Positions 55,319-64,000 of a DNA stretch of 64,000 nucleotides are shown piece by piece. The notes under the pieces were generated by a model. The model was not told where the DNA came from and searched no databases. It saw only the letters and a program-made list of their open reading frames with translations. Both the position numbers and the translations under genes were made by a program. Location of the stretch: positions 22,423 through 86,422 of IMG/VR virus record IMGVR_UViG_3300033066_001266. One strand, written 5' to 3'. How positions within the stretch are numbered: position 1 is the stretch's first letter; each line of letters starts with the position of its first letter. Source of the stretch: a virus. Taxonomy: Duplodnaviria; Heunggongvirae; Uroviricota; Caudoviricetes.

Positions 55319-57940
55319 ATGGCAACAGCTTCATATTTAGGACCAAATGATTATAATTTAGTTAAGGAAATTAGACCATTTAATTTACCTTACGAGAGCA
55401 CTATGCAAGAAATTGCTATTAAGCAAGAGTATTGGAAAGTTGGTGCTGAAAGGGTGAAGACTGAGTATGATAGAGCAGTTGGCTTAGACCCTCAATTTGT
55501 ACAAAATAGAGAGTATCTTAAAAACTTTATGAATGAAGCTAATAAAAATCTTCAAAAAATAAATAAATCAGATCTCAGAGTATCAGATAATTCTCAACAA
55601 GCTACAAATGTATTTAAACCGCTTTACGATATATCTAATCCCTTCAATTACAGACTATTAGCAGATAGTCAAATAAACAAACATTATCAAAAACAACAAC
55701 AACTTTCAGATACATACAGAACTAAAGATGGTGGAAAAGAATGGAATCAAAACAATGATTTCTATTTTAGAGATGCCCAACAAAAATATCTTGCAGATGC
55801 AAAAGCAGGTAATGTAGCCTCTATTGATTCTCACTTTCAAAATAAGAAATCATATATACCATATTATGATTATAAAAAAGAAGTTTTAGATTTACAAGAA
55901 GCTTGTAAGGGATATTCCTTTGATAGAAAAGACATAGCTAGAGGTAACGATTTATATTTTGAACAAAGTTCAAAGAAAGGCTGTAGTCCAACTGAATTAG
56001 CCCAAGCTTTTAAATCAGGTTTGTCTGATAGAGCAAGACAACAAATGCAAATAGATGGTTATGTTCATTTTAAAGGTAATGAAGATGAATTAGTAAGACA
56101 ATTCACAGATATAAGTGTTAATAAAGCAAAGCAACAGGTTGATGGAATCAAAGCTACTATAGCTGGTATAAAAGATGGTGGAGTTTCTAAAGAAGAAATG
56201 CCACGACTTGCTTTTTATGAAAATCAATTAGCTGAATTAGAACCAGAACTAAAGCAATCTATCGAAGAATTTAATACAATGACTAAAGGCAATACTTTAG
56301 ATTATGTAAAACAAAACTATGATAGATTAGCAGGTCAGGTATATTTTGGAGATTTAACATCTCAGATGGCAAACGCTTTTAGAACAGATGAAGAAAAAAA
56401 TATAGTTTCTACTAATCCAGCAGGAATGCTTAAATTAAGATTAGAAACTGATAGAACTAATATGTATATCCAAAACAGAATGGATAATGAGTCAGATTAT
56501 CTTAATCATCTATATGATAAAGATGAAGCTGCTCAGAAATTTGAATACGATAAAGAATTAGCTAGATTAAAAGGTGAATTAAAATCTAATGGTAGTTCTT
56601 CAGAAATGGGGATACCTTTAAATGTAGATCCAGTTACTGGTAGAAATATAGGTATCACAACAGTTACAGAAAGCGATTTTATAAATTCTAATTTAGTACC
56701 TGCAAGAGACAAAGCTACAACTACATATAATGTAGTTGATGATTTGGTTAGAAAGCAATTAGGTAAAACTGATACTAAACTTACCAATGATCAAATAGTA
56801 AACTATGTAACAGAGCTTGAAAATAAAAAAAACAAGGGAGATATTGTGAGTCAAGAGGGAGAAAATATTCTTCAGGCATATGGAAGATATAAAAATGCAA
56901 AGGATGATTTATCATTTGCCAATGATCAACTATCAGCAGCAGACGCTATAGCAAGAGATAAGAGAAAAGATTTATTTGATAATTCTAAATTTAGTGATAA
57001 TATAGTTTTGAATAACTATTCTATGAAATTAGGAGATGGCTCTATAACTATGTATAATCCAGAACCACTAAGTGAGAAAGATGTTTCAAGAATATTGAAT
57101 GGAGAAGATGTAAAAGGTTTTAGTTATGAAAATCCAACAGGATCTAAATTACCCACTGAAGCTGGTATAAAATATATTTTATATCAAGGAGAACCTATAG
57201 TATTTGATCAAAATAATACAAAATTACACGATTTTTTTAAAAGTGTAGTTAGGAAAAAGCAAGATGATATTGCAGAAATAAATAAATTAAAAACTGAGTT
57301 TTTTACAGATCAAAACTATATAAATAGTCAAATGACTGTATTTAATAAAATGGACTTTGGCAAAGCTCAGGATTTTGAAAATCAATATGGAGAAAAGATA
57401 AAACAATTCTTTAGTGTAACAGGTGGCTTAAATGATAAAAATGGTTATACTGTTGTAGGAAGAGATAAGTATGGTTCGGGTGCTTACATAAAAGTGTTAG
57501 ATGAAGATGGAAAACCACAAAAATTAAACAGTGCAACTTATGCTAAGCTTAGAGGATCTGATAGAGGTGCTTCAATAACAGAAGATAAAAACACTCAATC
57601 TTATTATATTCCTGATTTTTTCCCAAGATATGGTGGATTACCAAATAATCAAACACTTGATAAATATAATAAAGTAGAGCAGCACATGAGAAATATTGAG
57701 AAAAGTTTACAAACCAATTCTCAATTTAACAATGCTATTACAATGGATACAAGACAACTTTCAGTTGGTGGAACTACAAGATACGTAGGAGATAAGTTCG
57801 GAATTGAATATATAATTTCTATATATAAAGAACAAGGACAACCTAATATGTATGTTGCTACTTATACTGTTCCAGGAACAAATGAAGAAAGAAAATATAA
57901 AGAGCAAACATTAGACGCTCTTTTACCACAATTACAATAA
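55319..57940 (+). CDS. hypothetical virion protein
   Basis: 873-aa ORF. Confidence 0.4.
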   Translation: MATASYLGPNDYNLVKEIRPFNLPYESTMQEIAIKQEYWKVGAERVKTEYDRAVGLDPQFVQNREYLKNFMNEANKNLQKINKSDLRVSDNSQQATNVFKPLYDISNPFNYRLLADSQINKHYQKQQQLSDTYRTKDGGKEWNQNNDFYFRDAQQKYLADAKAGNVASIDSHFQNKKSYIPYYDYKKEVLDLQEACKGYSFDRKDIARGNDLYFEQSSKKGCSPTELAQAFKSGLSDRARQQMQIDGYVHFKGNEDELVRQFTDISVNKAKQQVDGIKATIAGIKDGGVSKEEMPRLAFYENQLAELEPELKQSIEEFNTMTKGNTLDYVKQNYDRLAGQVYFGDLTSQMANAFRTDEEKNIVSTNPAGMLKLRLETDRTNMYIQNRMDNESDYLNHLYDKDEAAQKFEYDKELARLKGELKSNGSSSEMGIPLNVDPVTGRNIGITTVTESDFINSNLVPARDKATTTYNVVDDLVRKQLGKTDTKLTNDQIVNYVTELENKKNKGDIVSQEGENILQAYGRYKNAKDDLSFANDQLSAADAIARDKRKDLFDNSKFSDNIVLNNYSMKLGDGSITMYNPEPLSEKDVSRILNGEDVKGFSYENPTGSKLPTEAGIKYILYQGEPIVFDQNNTKLHDFFKSVVRKKQDDIAEINKLKTEFFTDQNYINSQMTVFNKMDFGKAQDFENQYGEKIKQFFSVTGGLNDKNGYTVVGRDKYGSGAYIKVLDEDGKPQKLNSATYAKLRGSDRGASITEDKNTQSYYIPDFFPRYGGLPNNQTLDKYNKVEQHMRNIEKSLQTNSQFNNAITMDTRQLSVGGTTRYVGDKFGIEYIISIYKEQGQPNMYVATYTVPGTNEERKYKEQTLDALLPQLQ

Positions 57941-57941
57941 T

Positions 57942-60900
57942 ATGCCAAAAGTATTATATGAATTATCAGCAGGATTTGATAATAATAATTTATTAAATCT
58001 GAAGATAGATACATTTGAAAGAATGAATAGATTAGAGCAAGGTTTGAATATACCTAAGGCTCAGTCTATAGCTATTCCTGATTATCAACCATTTATACCA
58101 AAAGATATAAATAGTGATTCTATTATAAATAGAACTGATGAAAGATTACCATCTCTAAAAGATGCTTTATTATCGTCTGATCCGAAAATTGGCAGAGCCG
58201 CTCAAGATATAGTTAAACAACAATCTTACAGAAATCCTGTTAGTAGTGGTATAGGTACAGATCAATATGTACCATATGTAGAGGGTCAAGATAAATTTAC
58301 CAATAAAAAATTTGGTTATAATCCATACATTTCCTTAGCTGAAAATGAAGATTTCTATCATAAAAATGTGTGGGATAAATATACGAATGTAGGTAAGACA
58401 TGGAGATCTATTGGTTTATTTACAGGTAGAGCTGTATCTAAAGCTGTTACAGGTTTAGTAGGTATGGTAGGAGATATTGGTTCAATGGCTTGGAATGGTC
58501 TTGAAGAGTTAGGAGAAGCCTTTGGTGGCCCTAAAAATAACTTTTGGAACGATGTATCTGATAATTGGCTTTCTAGAAAAATGGAGCAATTAGACAACTA
58601 TGTTAAAGATCAAGTACTTCCCACTTACAAGGCAATAAATTATGATGATAAGGGTGCGTGGGAAAAACTTTTTGATCCTTATACATGGACTAATTCATTT
58701 GCAGATGGAGCAGGTTTTCTTCTTCAATTTGCAGCACCAGCTGCTTTCTTAGGTAAAATAGGACAAGTAGGAAGAATAGCTAGAAATATAGGAGTTTTAG
58801 AAGAAGAGTTAGCAATAGCGCAAGCTACTGGAAAAACAGCCAAGGCTACACAATTAGCCAGAACTATAGCAGAAGCAAAAAATGTAAGTACTTTTACTAA
58901 AGCTATGGGTTATGATTTAACAGGTAAGGCTGCTACTGCATCTAAATTTCTTACGGGTTCTGAAAATGTTGGTGGTATGTCTGCCCACATTTTTAATACT
59001 ATGATGGAGTCTGTAGCAGAAACCAAAGAAGGTTTTAAGCAAACTGTTCAAGAATTGATGGATAAGGGCATGTCTGAAAATGACGCTATTAAAATAGCTG
59101 GAGAAAATGCTCCGGGACAATTTTGGATCAATGCAGCTATTTTAAGTATATCTAATGCCTTTGAAAATAAACTTCTTCAAAAAGCTGTTGGTAACAGACC
59201 ATTAAGAAATATTGATGAATTGAATATGTCTACCATTCCTAAAATGGCAGATGATGCAACTTCTAAGTTAGGTAAATTTTTCCAAGCTAATAAGTGGGGT
59301 AATAGAATAAATTTCTATGGTAAAAATGCCGTTAAATCTTCTGTATTTGAAGGTTTTTGGGAAGAGAATGCTCAAACAGCAGCAGCAAGATGGGCAAGAG
59401 GTGAATATGATAGAAAGGGAGACGATGGCGGTGGACATGAAAAAGCTGCTAGTAGTTTTATAGGTCAGCTTTGGAAACAAACTCAAGATGCCTTAAAAGG
59501 TAATGATAGAGAAACTGCTGATTCTATTATGGCAGGTGCTGTAATTGGAGTTATTGGTAATACAGTTTTCTCTAAACTTGCTTCTAAAAGAGGTGAAATA
59601 TACAGTCCAGATGGCACTGTATTATTAAAACCAAAGACATTTTTACCTGAAGGGCAAAGAAAAGCAGAATTAAGAGAGAAAGCCCAAAAAGTTTCTAATT
59701 TTATTAATACAAGAGATGCATGGCTAAGTATAAATGCTTTTGATTCAGAGGTATATGATAAAGATGGTAATTTAATTGATGAAAAAGTACAAGAAAAAAC
59801 CAATGCAATAAAAGAAAAGGTAGGTAAGATAAATTCTATAGTTGCAAAACAAATAACTGCCGAAGATATAATTAATCCACATCAAAGAGATAGATTACAA
59901 TATCAAATTTTTGCAGATTATGTTAAAGCCCATATTTTAAATGATACGGGAGATGCTTTAGTAGACAGATTAAAAGATTGGAAAAACAAATCTGAAGAAG
60001 AATTATCTTTATATGGAGTATCATCAGAAATTGCTAAAGATTCTCAAAAATGGGCTGAGGTGGCAAACGAATTAGTAAGTAGTTTTAAAAATATTAAAGA
60101 TATCAGATATAATGCACCTTCTAATACTTTATTAACAGAATATCAAAATAATACAAATGCCATACATTCTGTAATATTTGACTATATTGCCTATAGAAAT
60201 ATGTCTAAATCATTATCTGATAAATATAGTCAGATAATGAAAGATAATAATCCCTTTACAGAATACCCTTTGATCCAAGATTACAACGAAGATCATATTA
60301 AACTATTAAAATTAAGGCAAAAACTTACTAATGAAAATTTAGATGTAATAGACAGAGAAAATATTCAAAAAGAAATTGAAAATTTAGAAAAAAAACAAAA
60401 AGAAAGAAAAGAATCTATTGGCTCATTAGGTGAGACTAGTGAATCTAAAGATGGATTACTTTTTCCTAAAGATTCAGATAAACAAAAAGAATCTGAAAGA
60501 ATATCTAAATATGACGATTATTTTTCTGCCTTAAGCGGTAAAGTAGATTATGATTTAGAAGCTGAGAAATATGATACTTTAGTTAAAGAATATTCAGATC
60601 CAGCTAAAGGTTATCAAAAATATCTTGATACTATTAATAAATGGAATGAAATTTATAATAAACCAGCAGATGAGAAAGTAGATGCTGATATACAAACAGT
60701 AGTTAAAAAAACAATTGAAGATTTTAAAAAAGAATTAGGAGATCTTGAAAATCAATTACAAGCAGCTACAACAAAAGCACAAAGAGATGCTATATTAGTT
60801 GAAATAGATACTGTTAAAAAACAAATAGAAGATTTAGGTGAGACTGTAAACACAGATACAGACATTCCAGATATTCCACCATTTCCTACTGAAACTCAAT

Positions 60901-63900
60901 TTGGCACTGATGAATATGTAGATCAAGCGCTTGCTTATGTTACACCATTTAAATCTGCAAATAAAGAAACTATTGATGCAAAAGATGAACAAGAAAAAAG
61001 AATACCATGGAAAGAAATAGCTTTAAAACAAGGTTATGACCATGATTTAACTGCATTTGCCAGACATTATTTAACTTCTCTTATTACAAATCCTGATAAA
61101 TATGAATTATTTGTTATTAAGGATACCTTAGAATTAATGAAAGAAAGACTTTCTGAAAAACAAATGGAGTCTTTTAATGAGGGAGAATTTAAAGCCGGAG
61201 CTATAATCGTAGTTAGAGTAAAAGGACAAACAGAATTTTTAAGATTTAGTAAGTCTAAAAAAATTATTGCCTTCTCATATAATGATAGTCGTATAACTAA
61301 TACAGGTTTTAATACTAATTATGACGAAAGAGTTAGGATTAATGCAGAAAGAACAAAAAGATCTGTTGCAGAAGTATTGGCTGGATTTAAGAAAGATGAA
61401 GCTATTTTAGAAGCTGTTAAAGAAAAAGTAATTGCAGAAAATGCTATAATACCTATAAAATCTATTTCAGGTTCTATGGGAGTATTACCTAATACCTATG
61501 CAGATAATGCTTTTAAAAGATTTGCTGGTTTGTATGATACTACAGACCCTTTCATAATAGTTAAACCAGATAATCAACATCTTATACCAGAAGCATCGCT
61601 TGGTCAAGTTTATTTGAATATACCTGAGGTAAATACAGTAGATGGTAAACAACACTATATACCAGTATATCCAACCACATTACAAAGTGGTGAAGCAGGT
61701 TCTATTCAAAATAAAATATACAATTCAATAGTAGCTATTCAAGCAACTACATTTAAAACTAAAAAAGAAGCTTCTGATATTATACAGAATTTTTTATACA
61801 ACTTTTTTTATGTAGGCCCTAACAATTTATTTAAGATAAATGAAGTACAAGGTGGTTTTAAAATTGCATATCAAGATTCTAAAAAAGAACATACACAGGG
61901 GTGGGCTTTAATCCCAAGATTAAAACTATCAGATAAATTATATAATACTGAGGTTGGCTTATCTCTCTATGAAAAAAAAGATGGAATATTTCAACCCACA
62001 GATAAAGTAACAAGAGAACAATACAGAGATTTTATACATAATCATCTACTAACAAAGAGAAAAGTGGTAGTACAATCTGTTAAAAATAAAGGTGAGAAAT
62101 TATATACAGCTCCTGTAAATGCTTATCTTAATTTATCTCTTGTAAATGAAACAGATGTACAATTAGGGGATGCTACTCAAACTACTATACAAGCTATAAT
62201 TCAACCAATTGTTACAATAGTAAATAATGAATTAAAAGATAAAAAAGCTGATATAGAAAAATTAGAAAAAGAAAAACAAAAAATTCTAAAACCTTTAATA
62301 GAAGAAAAAGAACAGATTGAAAAAGAGATTGAAGAAATAGAGAAAAATGATAATGGTAGTGTAAAACAAGAGGTAGAAACGATAGATGACTTCCTTAAAA
62401 ATAATAATATTACTGAACAACAATTAAAAGATGAAGAAAATAAATTAAAAAACCACTTAGATGAATTAGGATTAAAATTAGATACGGAATATAATTTTGA
62501 AGATATTATAAACCGTATAATTAAAAATGTAAAAGGAAGGTTTTTAAAAACAGTATTGAAAGGAATAAATTCTTTAGTAGGTAATAAATTAAAAACAAAA
62601 TTTGTATTTAGCAGTGTAAGACACGAAGATGCTGCTGGGCAATATTTTAGCCATGATGATACAATTAAAATTTATATACCGAATTTAAGTTTAAGAGTAT
62701 TTACATTAAACAAAAGAGGAAAAGAATATCAACAAGAAACAAATATTGTAGAAGTATTTAATAAGGTTTTTATTCATGAGTTGATTCATGCTTTTACTAT
62801 ACTTAAAATTAGAGCTACAGAAACTAATGCAAAATTAGGTCTTGCGACTATAATGAATCCATCTATTGAAAAAGAAAGATTAAATATAAGTAGGAGTGAC
62901 CAAAAAACTATAGATTCTTTAAATAAAATATTTGACTTTTTAAAAAATAATGAATTATTAAAAGGTGAATATGGAGTAAGTGATATAGTTGAGCTAGTTA
63001 CCGAAGCATTGAGTAATGAAGGATTTGCTGAAAAATTAAAAAGCATAGAGCTTCCAAAAGAATTAAGATACAAAACAGATAATAATAATGTTTTTGAAAA
63101 TATTATCTTATACATATCTAAATTAGTTGAAGATTTACTTAATTTAGGTTCTGCATATAGTGATGATAATGCTTTAGACAGTATTGCTGCTATAATAAAT
63201 GATTTTGGAATTTCATATTCTGAATCAGACCAACAAAGCTTTATGAAAATTAATAAAGCTGAAAAAAAAGCTAGAGAATATTTTAAATATGGCAAAAGTA
63301 ATCAATCAGATAATTTAGGAAGTGAAACAACAAAACTTCAACAATTAAAACAAAAACTTGCAGAAGTAAATAAAAAAATAGATGCCATAACTAAAAGATT
63401 TGATGCTCAAATAGCTCAAAAACAATCAGAACTAAAAGCATTAGAAGAACAATCTACATCAGCTAAAAAAGCTGATAAAGAAAGAAGAAGACGAGAAGAT
63501 TTACAAAAAGGGCAATTGTTTTTAATGAATGATGGTACTTATGGCGGTAGTAGATTAGTGTCATTAGAAGAGTATTCTACAATTCAAATACAAGAAAATA
63601 ATTTAGATAGTGATGTTACAAAATGGGATTATAATACTTTTAATGATACAGGAATATTTGTTAATTTAAGTTTAGGAGTTGCTTATATAGTTCCAAATAA
63701 CAGTTATAATGGTAAAAAAGCAGAAGTAGTAAAAGTTTTCATAAATAAAACTACAAAAAGATTCGATTTAAGTAATCCAAGAATAATAAATACTCCCAAT
63801 ATAGAATTAGTTGCAAAAGCCGCAAATATAGATTCCAAAGAACTATATAATGAAGTTTTAAATGCTATTACTAAATATGATGCAAAATTAGATGCTTTAC

Positions 63901-64000
63901 AACCAACAACTATTTCTGATAAGAAAGCTTATATAGAAAGAAGAAGACAAGAATTAGAATCTTCAAGAGAAATATTAACACTTTATAATTTAACAAAACC
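57942..64000 (+). CDS. giant multi-domain virion protein (>2019 aa, 3'-partial); hydrophobic Gly-rich segments, coiled coils, HExxH zincin-like motif
   Basis: ATG 57942 in frame 0 with no stop to the window end; absent from the ORF track only because it is open-ended. HELIH at 62775-62789. Confidence 0.5.
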   Translation, partial: MPKVLYELSAGFDNNNLLNLKIDTFERMNRLEQGLNIPKAQSIAIPDYQPFIPKDINSDSIINRTDERLPSLKDALLSSDPKIGRAAQDIVKQQSYRNPVSSGIGTDQYVPYVEGQDKFTNKKFGYNPYISLAENEDFYHKNVWDKYTNVGKTWRSIGLFTGRAVSKAVTGLVGMVGDIGSMAWNGLEELGEAFGGPKNNFWNDVSDNWLSRKMEQLDNYVKDQVLPTYKAINYDDKGAWEKLFDPYTWTNSFADGAGFLLQFAAPAAFLGKIGQVGRIARNIGVLEEELAIAQATGKTAKATQLARTIAEAKNVSTFTKAMGYDLTGKAATASKFLTGSENVGGMSAHIFNTMMESVAETKEGFKQTVQELMDKGMSENDAIKIAGENAPGQFWINAAILSISNAFENKLLQKAVGNRPLRNIDELNMSTIPKMADDATSKLGKFFQANKWGNRINFYGKNAVKSSVFEGFWEENAQTAAARWARGEYDRKGDDGGGHEKAASSFIGQLWKQTQDALKGNDRETADSIMAGAVIGVIGNTVFSKLASKRGEIYSPDGTVLLKPKTFLPEGQRKAELREKAQKVSNFINTRDAWLSINAFDSEVYDKDGNLIDEKVQEKTNAIKEKVGKINSIVAKQITAEDIINPHQRDRLQYQIFADYVKAHILNDTGDALVDRLKDWKNKSEEELSLYGVSSEIAKDSQKWAEVANELVSSFKNIKDIRYNAPSNTLLTEYQNNTNAIHSVIFDYIAYRNMSKSLSDKYSQIMKDNNPFTEYPLIQDYNEDHIKLLKLRQKLTNENLDVIDRENIQKEIENLEKKQKERKESIGSLGETSESKDGLLFPKDSDKQKESERISKYDDYFSALSGKVDYDLEAEKYDTLVKEYSDPAKGYQKYLDTINKWNEIYNKPADEKVDADIQTVVKKTIEDFKKELGDLENQLQAATTKAQRDAILVEIDTVKKQIEDLGETVNTDTDIPDIPPFPTETQFGTDEYVDQALAYVTPFKSANKETIDAKDEQEKRIPWKEIALKQGYDHDLTAFARHYLTSLITNPDKYELFVIKDTLELMKERLSEKQMESFNEGEFKAGAIIVVRVKGQTEFLRFSKSKKIIAFSYNDSRITNTGFNTNYDERVRINAERTKRSVAEVLAGFKKDEAILEAVKEKVIAENAIIPIKSISGSMGVLPNTYADNAFKRFAGLYDTTDPFIIVKPDNQHLIPEASLGQVYLNIPEVNTVDGKQHYIPVYPTTLQSGEAGSIQNKIYNSIVAIQATTFKTKKEASDIIQNFLYNFFYVGPNNLFKINEVQGGFKIAYQDSKKEHTQGWALIPRLKLSDKLYNTEVGLSLYEKKDGIFQPTDKVTREQYRDFIHNHLLTKRKVVVQSVKNKGEKLYTAPVNAYLNLSLVNETDVQLGDATQTTIQAIIQPIVTIVNNELKDKKADIEKLEKEKQKILKPLIEEKEQIEKEIEEIEKNDNGSVKQEVETIDDFLKNNNITEQQLKDEENKLKNHLDELGLKLDTEYNFEDIINRIIKNVKGRFLKTVLKGINSLVGNKLKTKFVFSSVRHEDAAGQYFSHDDTIKIYIPNLSLRVFTLNKRGKEYQQETNIVEVFNKVFIHELIHAFTILKIRATETNAKLGLATIMNPSIEKERLNISRSDQKTIDSLNKIFDFLKNNELLKGEYGVSDIVELVTEALSNEGFAEKLKSIELPKELRYKTDNNNVFENIILYISKLVEDLLNLGSAYSDDNALDSIAAIINDFGISYSESDQQSFMKINKAEKKAREYFKYGKSNQSDNLGSETTKLQQLKQKLAEVNKKIDAITKRFDAQIAQKQSELKALEEQSTSAKKADKERRRREDLQKGQLFLMNDGTYGGSRLVSLEEYSTIQIQENNLDSDVTKWDYNTFNDTGIFVNLSLGVAYIVPNNSYNGKKAEVVKVFINKTTKRFDLSNPRIINTPNIELVAKAANIDSKELYNEVLNAITKYDAKLDALQPTTISDKKAYIERRRQELESSREILTLYNLTK

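Noticed and set aside
58358-63295. Minus-strand ORFs 58358-58597, 58917-59120, 59268-59486, 59483-59803 and 62786-63295
   Set aside because: All are embedded antisense in the long frame-0 ORF starting at 57942. Their translations are hydrophobic and low-complexity and they lack promoter motifs.

Overview
AT-rich (~30% GC) bacteriophage genome segment, almost entirely + strand coding. The host is probably a Bacteroidetes member: at least 12 intergenic copies of a TTTG-N19/20-TAnnTTTG promoter motif match the Bacteroidetes sigma-A consensus, and a DUF1573 protein is present. Main contents from left to right: (1) 44-4233: an AAA+ ATPase plus unknown proteins. (2) 4606-10143: a dense array of about 23 tRNA genes, interrupted by two paralogous HNH homing-endonuclease genes whose 3' ends overlap tRNA 5' ends, several promoter/terminator-bounded non-coding stretches, a PTH2-type peptidyl-tRNA hydrolase and a DUF4031 protein. 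(3) 11035-17555: Dam-like N6-adenine methyltransferase, a GroES-like/GroEL chaperonin pair, a GIY-YIG endonuclease, DUF1573, a thioredoxin-like protein and a RecB-like nuclease. (4) 17556-30265: morphogenesis module (small and large terminase, portal, scaffold, capsid and other structural proteins). (5) 30334-42340: tail-fibre module, including a 1235-aa collagen-like (G-T-S repeat) fibre with a C-terminal S74 intramolecular-chaperone domain, flanked by a GT4-like glycosyltransferase and an FkbM-methyltransferase/GT9-like fusion. (6) 42429-64000: metallophosphoesterase, SPFH-domain protein and a run of giant virion proteins (1540 aa, 706 aa with a lytic-transglycosylase motif, 624 aa, 873 aa, and a >2019-aa ORF with a HExxH motif that runs off the window). 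All annotations come from reading motifs by eye in the supplied translations and DNA; no searches were run.
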